A stretch of 62,447 nucleotides of DNA, filler included, from an uncultured Methanosarcinales archaeon (GTDB lineage: Archaea > Nanobdellota > Nanobdellia > Woesearchaeales > CAYSVS01): NCBI GenBank assembly GCA_964434475.1. It is 3 parts of 3 records of this genome, joined end to end, with 100 filler letters (N's around TTAATTAATTAA, not from the genome) between each part and the next. Parts side by side here need not be neighbours in the genome. Positions count along the whole stretch, not along the records: positions 30,623 to 62,447 come from CAYSVS010000010.1; 2 more parts are not named here. One strand, 5' to 3'. The position numbers and the translations under genes are program-made. The notes beneath the pieces were generated by a model. The model ran no database searches and was not told the DNA's origin. It was given only the letters and a program-made list of their open reading frames with translations. Positions 40,601 to 49,993 of this stretch are shown here, piece by piece. The stretch's first letter is position 1. Every line of letters starts with the position of its first letter.

Positions 40601-43600
40601 AAACAAACTTTTCCTCAAACTTAGATGATGGTAAATATGTATGGAACATAATGTGTAATGACTCAGCGAACAATATCGCTTTTAATGATACTAATAGAAC
40701 AATTACAATAGATACAACGTGGCCTTTGATAGACTTTGTTGATCCTACTTTAGCAGATAATGCTTATCTTTCTGGAAGTGAATATTTGATAAACATGTCA
40801 ATAACAGAAGCAAACATTGACGAAGCTTTTGTAAATTGGAATGGAACAAACTTTGCATTAGACGGCAATTTCTATGCCAATCTGACAGGATTAACAGACG
40901 GCATATATGAATACTATGCATTTGTAAATGACACAGCAGGACATAGTAATGTAACTGAAACAAAGACAATAACAATAGATCAGATGAATCCTCAATTAAG
41001 CTTTGAGGATCCGACTCCAGCAGACTTGACATACACAAATGATACAAATATAGTGATAAACTCAACAATAATAGACACAAACCTAGATGAGAAATGGATG
41101 ACCTTGAACGGAACATCTCTTACATTCAATTCAAATGATGGCGACAATTACATATGGAACCTTAATGGATTGACAGACAATAATTATACGATACAAGTTC
41201 TTGCTAATGATACTGCGGGCAACCAAAACTCAACAGAATCAAGATGGTTCATAGTAGATACACTCGCTCCTGCAGATTTTAATCTTACGAGTCCTGCAAA
41301 CAACAGCATATCGACAACTTTAAAACCTACATTGGCATGGGATATTGCAAGCGATATTAATTTTGATAAATATATTATAGAAATTACTACAGATGAAACT
41401 TTTGCAACTGTAGATTACATTAATGAAACAATAGGAGAAGCAAGCAAGAGTATAAAAACAAAAAGTTTGAATTCTAATGAAGAATGGTATTGGAGAGTAA
41501 CAGCTTGTGACTTAGCAGGCAATTGTAAACAAAGCAATCCTTTCAAGTTTAAGTATATTACAGACAATACAAATCCTGATGTAACATTACACTCTCCTAT
41601 CGATAATGTTAACCTATCTGGCACACAGTTATTGAATTCAACTATAACAGACTTGAACGAAATAACTGAAGCGCACTTTGTGCTAAGCAATACAACAACA
41701 AGCTATAACATTACAGCGCAAAACTCAGGAGATCGTTACTTTAACACAACCTTTAATACATTAGATTATGCAGACGGCGATTATAATATCAGCGTATTTG
41801 CACAAGATCCTGCAAACAATACCAATACTTCAGAATTTGCAAGCATATTCATAGACAATACACTTCCAGCAGTAACTCTAAACACACCTTTGGCAGGAGA
41901 TTATAATGGAATAATTACAATAAACGCATCAATCATCGAAGATGGCTCAGGCTTGCAGACAGCTGCATACACTTGGAGAAATGAAACAGATGCAAGCTCA
42001 AATTTGGCATTGACAAATGCAGCTGCAGATGATTGGACCACAACATTGGACACTGCAACTTTGGCAGACGGCGATTACAATATTACTATAAAGACAACAG
42101 ACTTTGCAGGAAATGAAAATAACAGCCAATTTGAGCAGATAAGCATAGACAACACTATGCCTGAAATAATCACTAATGTTTTGTCCGGAGATAATGCAGG
42201 ATATATCTCGCCTTCTAACCTAGATAGCAGTTATGATAATATTACTATAGATTTAAGGTATTCAGAACAGGTTTCAGCATCGATTGACGTATACAATTCA
42301 ACAGACGCCTTAGTCAAGAACCTTTATACCAGTGCTTCAGTAACAAATCCTCAAGCTAAATTGTGGAATGGAACAGATGCAAGCGAAGGTTTTGTTGGAG
42401 ATGGATTGTATAAGATATATACAAACATCACAGATCCAGCAGGAAACAACCTATTCGAGAATGTTGCTAATGTTACTGTAGATAACATAGCTCCTAATGC
42501 TTTTGCTATACAAGAAACAGATCCTTTGGAGTTCGGCTTGAACCAAACATTGAAGATTAATGTTACTGATGCAGCAAGCGGAATAAATGATGTTGATGTA
42601 AATGTAAGCGGCACATTATATGATATGGTTTTAGAGTCTGGTGATATTTATACAGTTACTTTGCCTGTATTAGGTATAGGCACACATAATGTTCAGTTTA
42701 TAGTAACTGATAATGTTGGAAATATTGATGATACGACGACTGATTCATTCGATATAGAAGATACCACAGTTCCAGAAGTTTTCAACGTAAATGTTCCAGC
42801 AACAACAGAATTCAATGGAGATGTTACATTGAGAGTGGATGTAACAGACTTGAACANNNNNNNNNNNNNNNNNNNNNNNNNNNNNNNNNNNNNNNNNNNN
42901 NNNNNNNNNNNNNNNNNNNNNNNNNNNNNNNNNNNNNNNNNNNNNNNNNNNNNNNNACAATTATACAAATTATAATGATAGTGTAACTGGCTCATTCACA
43001 GTTGGAGATACAATTCTACCTAGTGTATTCGGAGATATGGCTGATGATATTGAAATAGGTCAAAATATAACTGTATTTGTAAACGCAACAGACCTTAACT
43101 TAAGTACAGTTATTGCAGAACTTGATGCAGCATACAACCAGACAATGACTTTGGTTTCAGGAGATCAATACACAACAACATTCACTTATCCGGCATATGC
43201 GTCATTAGGCACACATGACTTAAGGTTCTATGGGATTGATGGCAGTGGAAACACGAACAGTACAACAACAGCAAGTATGTATGTAAACGATACAACAATT
43301 CCAGAAGTATACAATAGCAATATCGCAGACATCACTTATGGCGAAGATGTTACGATAAAGGTTGATGTATTTGACTATGGAACAATCGATGAAACAATAG
43401 TGCAGGTAAACGGAACAAATTACACCTTACAGAATGAAGTAGGAAACAGATACAATACAACGATAAGCGGATTGGCTGCAGGTACCTATGATGTTACATA
43501 TTTTATAAACGATAGCTTCGGCAATATGAACAGCACAACAACTGATTCATTTATTGTAAACAAATCAGACCCTAACGTAAACCTGCTATTGAACGGATTT

Positions 43601-44815
43601 AACGGAGATGTAACCATCTCTGATCTTGATGATCTAAACATGACAGCAACGATGATCGCACCAGAAAATATAAGCATATTTATGGACGGCATTTTACAGG
43701 CAACAGGAACTTCGCCTTTAGAAAACCTAACGCAACTATCTGCAGGGGATTACGAAATCAAAGCAAACTATACAGGAAACCAAAACTATACAAGCGGCAG
43801 CGAGTCATTTATAGTATCAGTCACACAGACAATAATCCATAACTTTACCATAACTTCGATGACAGCTCCAAGCTCATCAAATGTAAATGAAGATATAGAA
43901 GTTAATGTAACTATTGAAAATACTGGCTCAGTGAGCGATAGCAGTAATATAAAATTATATGTAGGTGGCGAACTTAATTCAACACAAACAATTTCAGCAT
44001 TAGCTCCTGGCGCATCAGTAACAAAAACATTTACTTTTGCTTATCCGGAAGATGTATCTAATCTGGAATTAAAAGCAGTAGTGGAAACTTTGACTGGAGA
44101 GACTGATACAGCAGACAATACCCAGACTAAGTATATAGATATACTTGGTACTCATGACATAGCAATAAGCAATATTGCAGTCAACAAGTCATCAACTATT
44201 TATGTAAATGATGTCTTGTTAGTAAGTGCCGACATAACAAACAACGGAAATGTTAATGAAGAATCAGCCGATATTTCATTTGAATCAAGCAACGGCGATA
44301 TTTTTACAGATTCAAAGATAATAAGCATAGATAAAGGACAGACTAAACAGATTAATTTTACCTTTGCTCCTACTAGCAAAGATTATCATACTTTGATAGT
44401 TAAGTCAAACTTACAGAACGATGAGAATACTACCAATGATCAGGTTAGTACAGAGAAATTGATTGTTTCAGCAAAAGATAATGCAGATTTGACGTTTGTA
44501 AATACAGACACTTATCCTTCAGCTAATGAAAATATAAACAGCACAATGTATGTGTTCGTATCCTTAGAGAACTTATATCCTTTAGACCTTGAAGATTTCA
44601 GACTAACTTTGGACAGTGCTGGATTGGATGTTATAAACAGCACAGACAATACTGCAAACAGTTACCATACTTTTGATTCTCTTGCAGAATATGATACACA
44701 ATCGTATTGGTGGTTGTTAAATACGACAACAACTTCAGGAACAAAAGATATAAAGGTAAGTATAGGCTCTGGTAGTGATAAAGAAGAGATATCAAGATCA
44801 GTGGTGATTGCATGA
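37672..44815 (+). CDS. Giant secreted Ig/cadherin-like repeat glycoprotein (>2300 aa), probably one gene spanning the gap at 42857-42956
   Basis: Signal peptide; VNDAP tandem repeats, DxAGN Ig repeats, FlgD-like Ig, CARDB repeats; frame open on both sides of the gap with the same repeat type; many NxS/T sequons. Confidence 0.8.
42857..42956. other. Assembly gap (100 N)
   Basis: N run inside a repetitive CDS. Confidence 0.97.
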
Positions 44816-46716
44816 ATAAAAAAGCTTTAATTTGGACTATAGTATCCTTAGTTTTAATCAATATAGCTTTAGCTGGATGCCCTTTAGATTTATCGATAGA
44901 GCTAAATCCAAGCACATTTACAGAAAATTATGTTAATAATAAGATTCAGCTTAAGATAATTCCAGCAGGAATGCCTGGTAACGTATGGGAAGAATATGAT
45001 AATGCTACTTTAGCGCTTCCAGCTGAATTGACTAATCAGACAAATCTGTTTAAGGACTTAACAAACCCTGCAGCTCAACCTACTGAAGTATGGAACATAA
45101 AGCCTACAGACTTAGGCACTTTCCAGTTTAATATAACTGTAGTAAATAGTTCAGGAGATTCTTGTGTTATGTATAAGAATGTCACAGTAAATCCTAATGT
45201 GCAACCAGACTTGAATGTTAGTGTTGAAAACTGGACAGACATAATAGTTGATCAGGCAACTAATTTTACATCAACAATAAACAATACTGGTAACGGCACA
45301 GCTTATGATGTTGTAAAGCAGTTTACAGGTGATGTTGCTACACAGAATGTTCAGATAGGTAATATAACAAATAATACTTTGGATACTGATGTTGATTCAT
45401 TGACTGTAAGTACATGCGGATTAAAGACAATAACAGTTTCAGCTAAAAATTATCATAATGGCAATGGTTTGCCTATGGCCACAATATCAAGTTCAGATAG
45501 CTTTAATGTATTCGGAGCAGATTTAAAAACATTAAGTTTAGATCCTTCTGATTTAACTCCTAATTCTGGTGATACAATAACATTAAATGCAACTATAAAA
45601 AATCTGGCTGATGATGCATACTCTTATAATTCAACAGGGATCAATACTATTGAATTTTATTATAATAATTCAGAAGGAGTAACCACTTTGATAGAAAGCG
45701 TTACATTAAATAACTCTTTACTTTTCATGAACGGAACACAGGATGTTTCAGTTGATTGGACAGTGCCTGAAGCAGGCGGCAATTATACTGTCTATACTTT
45801 GCTTGAATCAGAGCATGAATGCGATACTACAAACAATATTAAGCTTGCTTCGATAAGTGCACAAGGTTGTATAGAAAGCTGGAGTTGCGGTTCATGGAGT
45901 CAAGGCAATTGTGGTACAAGAACATGTACTGATGCAAACAGCTGTGGTACAACTGTGAATAAACCTTCAATAGAACTTGTTTGTTCATCAGGTGGTTCAG
46001 GCAGTGGCGGCGGTACAGGATTCGTCAAGCCACAGACTATAAATTTCGGCCTAAGTCATAAGGTGACAAAACAGATGACTAAGCTTGCCAAAGTTAATTT
46101 CATGATAAACGATGCTGCTCATTCAGTTGAGCTAAGCGCAATCTCAAAAGATGAGGTTGAACTTATAATAAGATCAGAACCTATGACTGTTAAGCTAGAA
46201 ATAGGAGACATAACAAAGGTCGACTTCGAAGAGGATGGAATATATGACCTCATGATAAAACTAGAAGATATTATAAATTACAAGGCTAAGATAACTTTCG
46301 AAAAGATTGAAGAGCTTTATCTTCAGCAAGTGACAGAAGAGTTTATTGAAGAGATTGAAGAACAGGAAAAAACAATTGATAACGAATCAGAAGAAACTGA
46401 TGAAGTTGAAGAAAAAGTAGAACCACTAACTGAACCAGACAAAAAAGAAAAAGTAATTAAAAAAGACTATACTATGTATCTTTTGGTAGCAGGAATGATA
46501 TTACTTCTTTTGATTTTGGTCTTTAGAAATACACTTTTAAGAATGTTTTTTGAACCTGTCGATAATGGCAAGAAGAAAAACCCCTCAGACAATAAAGGAA
46601 AAAACAACAACAGTAAAAAGAAGCACCCTTCAGACAAACTAAAAAAGAAGTCAAAAAAACCACTTTTGAAAAGAATAAAGGATTTCTTTTTTGAGGAGAT
46701 AGATAGTAAAGACTAA
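44812..46716 (+). CDS. Surface glycoprotein with CARDB-like domains, Cys-rich motif and C-terminal TM anchor
   Basis: Signal peptide; CIESWSCGSWSQGNCGTRTCTDANSC; TM plus Lys-rich tail; ATGA overlap with upstream gene. Confidence 0.82.
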   Translation: MNKKALIWTIVSLVLINIALAGCPLDLSIELNPSTFTENYVNNKIQLKIIPAGMPGNVWEEYDNATLALPAELTNQTNLFKDLTNPAAQPTEVWNIKPTDLGTFQFNITVVNSSGDSCVMYKNVTVNPNVQPDLNVSVENWTDIIVDQATNFTSTINNTGNGTAYDVVKQFTGDVATQNVQIGNITNNTLDTDVDSLTVSTCGLKTITVSAKNYHNGNGLPMATISSSDSFNVFGADLKTLSLDPSDLTPNSGDTITLNATIKNLADDAYSYNSTGINTIEFYYNNSEGVTTLIESVTLNNSLLFMNGTQDVSVDWTVPEAGGNYTVYTLLESEHECDTTNNIKLASISAQGCIESWSCGSWSQGNCGTRTCTDANSCGTTVNKPSIELVCSSGGSGSGGGTGFVKPQTINFGLSHKVTKQMTKLAKVNFMINDAAHSVELSAISKDEVELIIRSEPMTVKLEIGDITKVDFEEDGIYDLMIKLEDIINYKAKITFEKIEELYLQQVTEEFIEEIEEQEKTIDNESEETDEVEEKVEPLTEPDKKEKVIKKDYTMYLLVAGMILLLLILVFRNTLLRMFFEPVDNGKKKNPSDNKGKNNNSKKKHPSDKLKKKSKKPLLKRIKDFFFEEIDSKD

Positions 46717-47159
46717 TCTTTTTCAATCCTTAAATATTCTCCTCTATCTAATATGTTTTTGACAACCATCCTGTCTTTATATTTTGGTTTTTCTACGAAT
46801 TCTCCATAACCTAGATTTTCATCTTTTTCATTCTGCACCAGCACAAGCCCGTCTCTTGCTTTTGCCTTTGTTACGGACTTTCCCAGTATGTCTTTCTTGT
46901 TGAGGAACATCCATTCTGCTTTTTCGTTGACATATATTTTCTTGTCTGATATTTTTGAGATTATGTCTATCAGTTCTATGCTTGGTACAAACTCATTATC
47001 CTTTATTTCCCCAAGATATATCCCCTTAAGTTTGGGTTTTCTTTCTATCTTTTCAGAAATTTTATCCAGTTCTGTTTTTACCTGATAGAACTTATTTTCT
47101 ATCTGTACTACATTTTTTATTTGTTTTTTAGTGAATTCTTCTACAAATTGCTTTAGCAT
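46713..47159 (-). CDS. Nip7-like PUA-domain protein
   Basis: GIYLGE, KAEWMFLNKKDI, VLVQNEKDENLGYG, LDRGEYLR. Confidence 0.75.
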   Translation of the reverse strand: MLKQFVEEFTKKQIKNVVQIENKFYQVKTELDKISEKIERKPKLKGIYLGEIKDNEFVPSIELIDIISKISDKKIYVNEKAEWMFLNKKDILGKSVTKAKARDGLVLVQNEKDENLGYGEFVEKPKYKDRMVVKNILDRGEYLRIEKD

Positions 47160-48379
47160 ATTTCTACCTCTTTGTCTGATATCTTTTTTATCTTCTCTTT
47201 AAGTGAAGCTTTTGTTTTTTCTGGATATGTGCTATCTTTAATCTTTTTATAATCTTCTATATCTTTTTTTATCTTGCTTACTTTATCTTTAGCTTCATCC
47301 AGCTCTTTTTTTAGATTATCTTTTCTTATTGTAAACTTATCTTTTTTGATCTCTTCATTGATGTTCTTGTTGTCTTTTATATGCTTATCGTGATCATCTA
47401 CAAAATTTTTAAGTTCTTTCTCTTTAATTTTATCTATTGTTTTCAATACACTTAACTTTTTCTTATCTTTAAGCTCAAGTTTGTCTATGCTTTGTCTCAT
47501 CTTTTCAAGTATATTCAATATCTTTAATTCCTTATCTTTCTTTAGTGCAGATATAGGATTTGTGATATAGTCTAATATGAATTTATTTTCCATGCTTATT
47601 TTTGAGTATTTTTTCAAAGGTCTTTCAAGAGGAGAAAATAGGTTTATAAAGTTGTTTTCCATAAGCTTAAGATATTTTTCTGCAAGCTCTTTTTTCTTGA
47701 GCAATGAATAGTGTGCTTTGCTTTCATTTGATTTAAGGAATTCTTCATTTTCTTTTTGTTTAATTTTCGTTTCTCGTATAGCTTTTTTCAATTCCTCTTC
47801 TGAATCAAGAATCTTTTTATTAAACATCTGCTTTTTTTCTGTTTCTTTCCTATGATCCTCAAACTCTTGTAATGCTTTTTCTATCATGCTGAGTTTTGTA
47901 TTTTTCATCTCTTTTTTGAATTTAATTCCTACATCCAAAAGTTCTTTTATTTTCAGCATCAGGTTGTCTGTTTCTTCAAAATACAGGTGTTTTACTGTAT
48001 GTATTAGTTTACCTGAATTAGAAAGCATCTGGTTTACTTTCTTTTCTGTATCATTTATGAGATCACTTGCTTTTCCTTGATTTTCCAGAGAATCCAACAG
48101 CTTATCGACCTGTTTAAGAAACATTGTCCTGTTTTGGTCTATTATGCTTAATATCCTTTGCTGAACTGGCTTATCATATACTGCTTTTTGTAGCAATGTT
48201 TTTTTTTCAGGGATATCTTTGATAATACCTTTTCTTCTCTCAAGATATTCATTTTCAAGCTTTGTTGTTATCTCTTTTTTATCTTCTTTCTTTTTTTTAA
48301 GCCAATATTTTATGTCAGAGAAAATTATTGTTTCCTTTTCTACAGGTTTTTTGAACAGTTTTTTGATAAAATCAAGCAT
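47153..48379 (-). CDS. Coiled-coil hypothetical protein
   Basis: About 408-aa K/E-rich helical ORF; FSPLERPLKKY segment. Confidence 0.75.
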   Translation of the reverse strand: MLDFIKKLFKKPVEKETIIFSDIKYWLKKKKEDKKEITTKLENEYLERRKGIIKDIPEKKTLLQKAVYDKPVQQRILSIIDQNRTMFLKQVDKLLDSLENQGKASDLINDTEKKVNQMLSNSGKLIHTVKHLYFEETDNLMLKIKELLDVGIKFKKEMKNTKLSMIEKALQEFEDHRKETEKKQMFNKKILDSEEELKKAIRETKIKQKENEEFLKSNESKAHYSLLKKKELAEKYLKLMENNFINLFSPLERPLKKYSKISMENKFILDYITNPISALKKDKELKILNILEKMRQSIDKLELKDKKKLSVLKTIDKIKEKELKNFVDDHDKHIKDNKNINEEIKKDKFTIRKDNLKKELDEAKDKVSKIKKDIEDYKKIKDSTYPEKTKASLKEKIKKISDKEVEIC

Positions 48380-48432
48380 ATTTTCTATATCATCAGGCAA
48401 ATATATAAATATATTCTTATTATAGTATATAT

Positions 48433-48759
48433 ATGAAAAGAAGATACTCTAAAAAGCCCGAAAAACAGCAAAGATTGGCAAAAGAAAGGATTGATATATT
48501 GTTTGAACAAGCCAAAAAAGTGTTTGAAAAAGAGCCAGAATTGGCTGACAGGTATGTTGAATTAGCTAGAAAAATAGCTATGAAATATAAAGTTAAGATA
48601 CCTTCTAGATTGAAAAGACAATTCTGTAAACATTGCTATAAGTTCTTGATTCCTGGAAACAATTGCAGAGTAAGGCTTTATAGGGGAAAGTTAGTATATT
48701 ATTGCCATAACTGTAAAAACTTCTTTAGGATGCCTTATAGAGCCTTGAAAAGGTCTTAA
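48433..48759 (+). CDS. rnp4: Ribonuclease P protein component 4 (Rpp21)
   Basis: AKERIDILF, ADRYVELARKI, FCKHC...LIPG...CHNC zinc ribbon. Confidence 0.93.
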   Translation: MKRRYSKKPEKQQRLAKERIDILFEQAKKVFEKEPELADRYVELARKIAMKYKVKIPSRLKRQFCKHCYKFLIPGNNCRVRLYRGKLVYYCHNCKNFFRMPYRALKRS

Positions 48760-48876
48760 ACGAGTCTCTTAGATGCTTAAATTCTGTTATTACAGGGCCT
48801 ATTTCAGAACAATTACTACTTGTTAGTGATTATAAAACGAAAGATTTATATATTTGCGTTCATTACATAGTAGTAA

Positions 48877-48982
48877 ATGGTACTGTTTTTGGAAATTTTT
48901 CTATGCTGCCATGGAAAAACCCCCACACACAATCCAAAACAGGACCATGTCTGAGGGGTAGCCGAAATGGCTATCCTTTTTA
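48877..48982 (+). ncRNA. Putative structured leader RNA / sRNA
   Basis: About 25 nt after BRE-TATA ACGAAAGATTTATATA; nested stems ATGGT/ACCAT, CTGTTTTTGGA/TCCAAAACAG, TTTTCTATG/CATGGAAAA, then hairpin GGGTAGCC/GGCTATCC + T run. Confidence 0.55.
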
Positions 48983-49003
48983 TTTTAAATTTAAGGTGAA
49001 AAA

Positions 49004-49090
49004 ATGTTACAGATTCAAGTTTATGATGTTAAAGAGAGTATGTTCACAAGAGCATGTTCATGGATAAAATCATTTTTTAAGAGGTGGTAA
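49004..49090 (+). CDS. Micro-ORF, 28 aa (MLQIQVYDVKESMFTRACSWIKSFFKRW)
   Basis: SD AAGGTGA at normal spacing; amphipathic C-terminus. Confidence 0.55.
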   Translation: MLQIQVYDVKESMFTRACSWIKSFFKRW

Positions 49091-49091
49091 T

Positions 49092-49265
49092 ATGTTTTTT
49101 TCGAAGATAAAAAGATCATTCAGACGTGTTAAAAAGGACATGGATGCATTGAAGCACAATACAACAGAATGGATTATATTTCTTAATGCAGAAAATCAAG
49201 AGTTGAAAGCTAGAGTCGAGTATTTAGAGAAAAAACTTGCAATGCAGGAAATAAGGAGATGGTGA
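49092..49265 (+). CDS. Small coiled-coil protein, 57 aa
   Basis: SD GAGGTGG; MFFSKIKRSFRRVKKDM...ENQELKARVEYLEKKL. Confidence 0.7.
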   Translation: MFFSKIKRSFRRVKKDMDALKHNTTEWIIFLNAENQELKARVEYLEKKLAMQEIRRW

Positions 49266-49477
49266 ATGTGGGTTTAATATATTTTATGAAACAATATTTT
49301 ACATTAAAATTTATTGATTCTTCAAAAAATCATATTGCTTCGATATATAACAATAAAAGTTTGTTTGAAAATGATAATTTCGTAGAAGAACATAAGGATA
49401 ATTCGAAGAAATTCGTAAATTTTTTTCAGATAATGAATAAACTAGCAGTTATTAAAATCACTGAAAAGGTGGCATAA
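49259..49477 (+). CDS. Small hypothetical protein (start uncertain)
   Basis: 72-aa ORF filling the space between flanking micro-ORFs. Confidence 0.45.
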   Translation: MVNVGLIYFMKQYFTLKFIDSSKNHIASIYNNKSLFENDNFVEEHKDNSKKFVNFFQIMNKLAVIKITEKVA

Positions 49478-49480
49478 ACA

Positions 49481-49627
49481 ATGAGTCAGTTAAACAAGAA
49501 CGACATGCAAGTTTTGAACACATTAAAAGATGGACATGAAGAGAAATCATTAAAAAATCTTTTATCACGGAAAAATCTTGATCTTAACGAATTGGATCAG
49601 TTCATGAATCCTAGTGATTTTTATTAA
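49481..49627 (+). CDS. Small hypothetical protein, 48 aa
   Basis: SD AAGGTGG; MSQLNKNDMQVLNTLKDG... Confidence 0.55.
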   Translation: MSQLNKNDMQVLNTLKDGHEEKSLKNLLSRKNLDLNELDQFMNPSDFY

Positions 49628-49686
49628 GCATATCTTTGCTTTTTATGTTAAGATTTAAATAGATGCTTCTATTTGATTTACTTAAG

Positions 49687-49929
49687 ATGAATTATGATTT
49701 AGAGTTAAATAAAGCTGTAGAAGCTGTTAAGAAAAGTGATGCCAATTCTGTACTTATACAATTACCAGACGGCTTAAAGCCGAAGGCAAAGGAGATTAAA
49801 GAATATATAGACGCAAATTGCGATTGCAAAGTTTTTATCTGGCTAGGTAGTTGTTTTGGAGCTTGTGATTGTCCAAATGTCCCAGAAGTTGATCTATTGA
49901 TACAATGGGGACATAGTGAGTGGAATTAG
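49687..49929 (+). CDS. Single-domain Dph2-like (diphthamide synthesis) protein, 80 aa
   Basis: VLIQLPDGLK, GSCFGACD, LLIQWGHS match the N-terminal domain of archaeal Dph2. Confidence 0.8.
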   Translation: MNYDLELNKAVEAVKKSDANSVLIQLPDGLKPKAKEIKEYIDANCDCKVFIWLGSCFGACDCPNVPEVDLLIQWGHSEWN

Positions 49930-49993
49930 CCGAAATCTTTATATATCATGGTTTCTGAATTCTTGTTTGTTTTAATAAAAATGGGGGATATTC

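Noticed and set aside
48949..48976. Hammerhead ribozyme (CTGAG...GAAA)
   Set aside because: Core reads CUGAGGG rather than CUGANGA and stems I-III cannot be formed; a simple hairpin fits better
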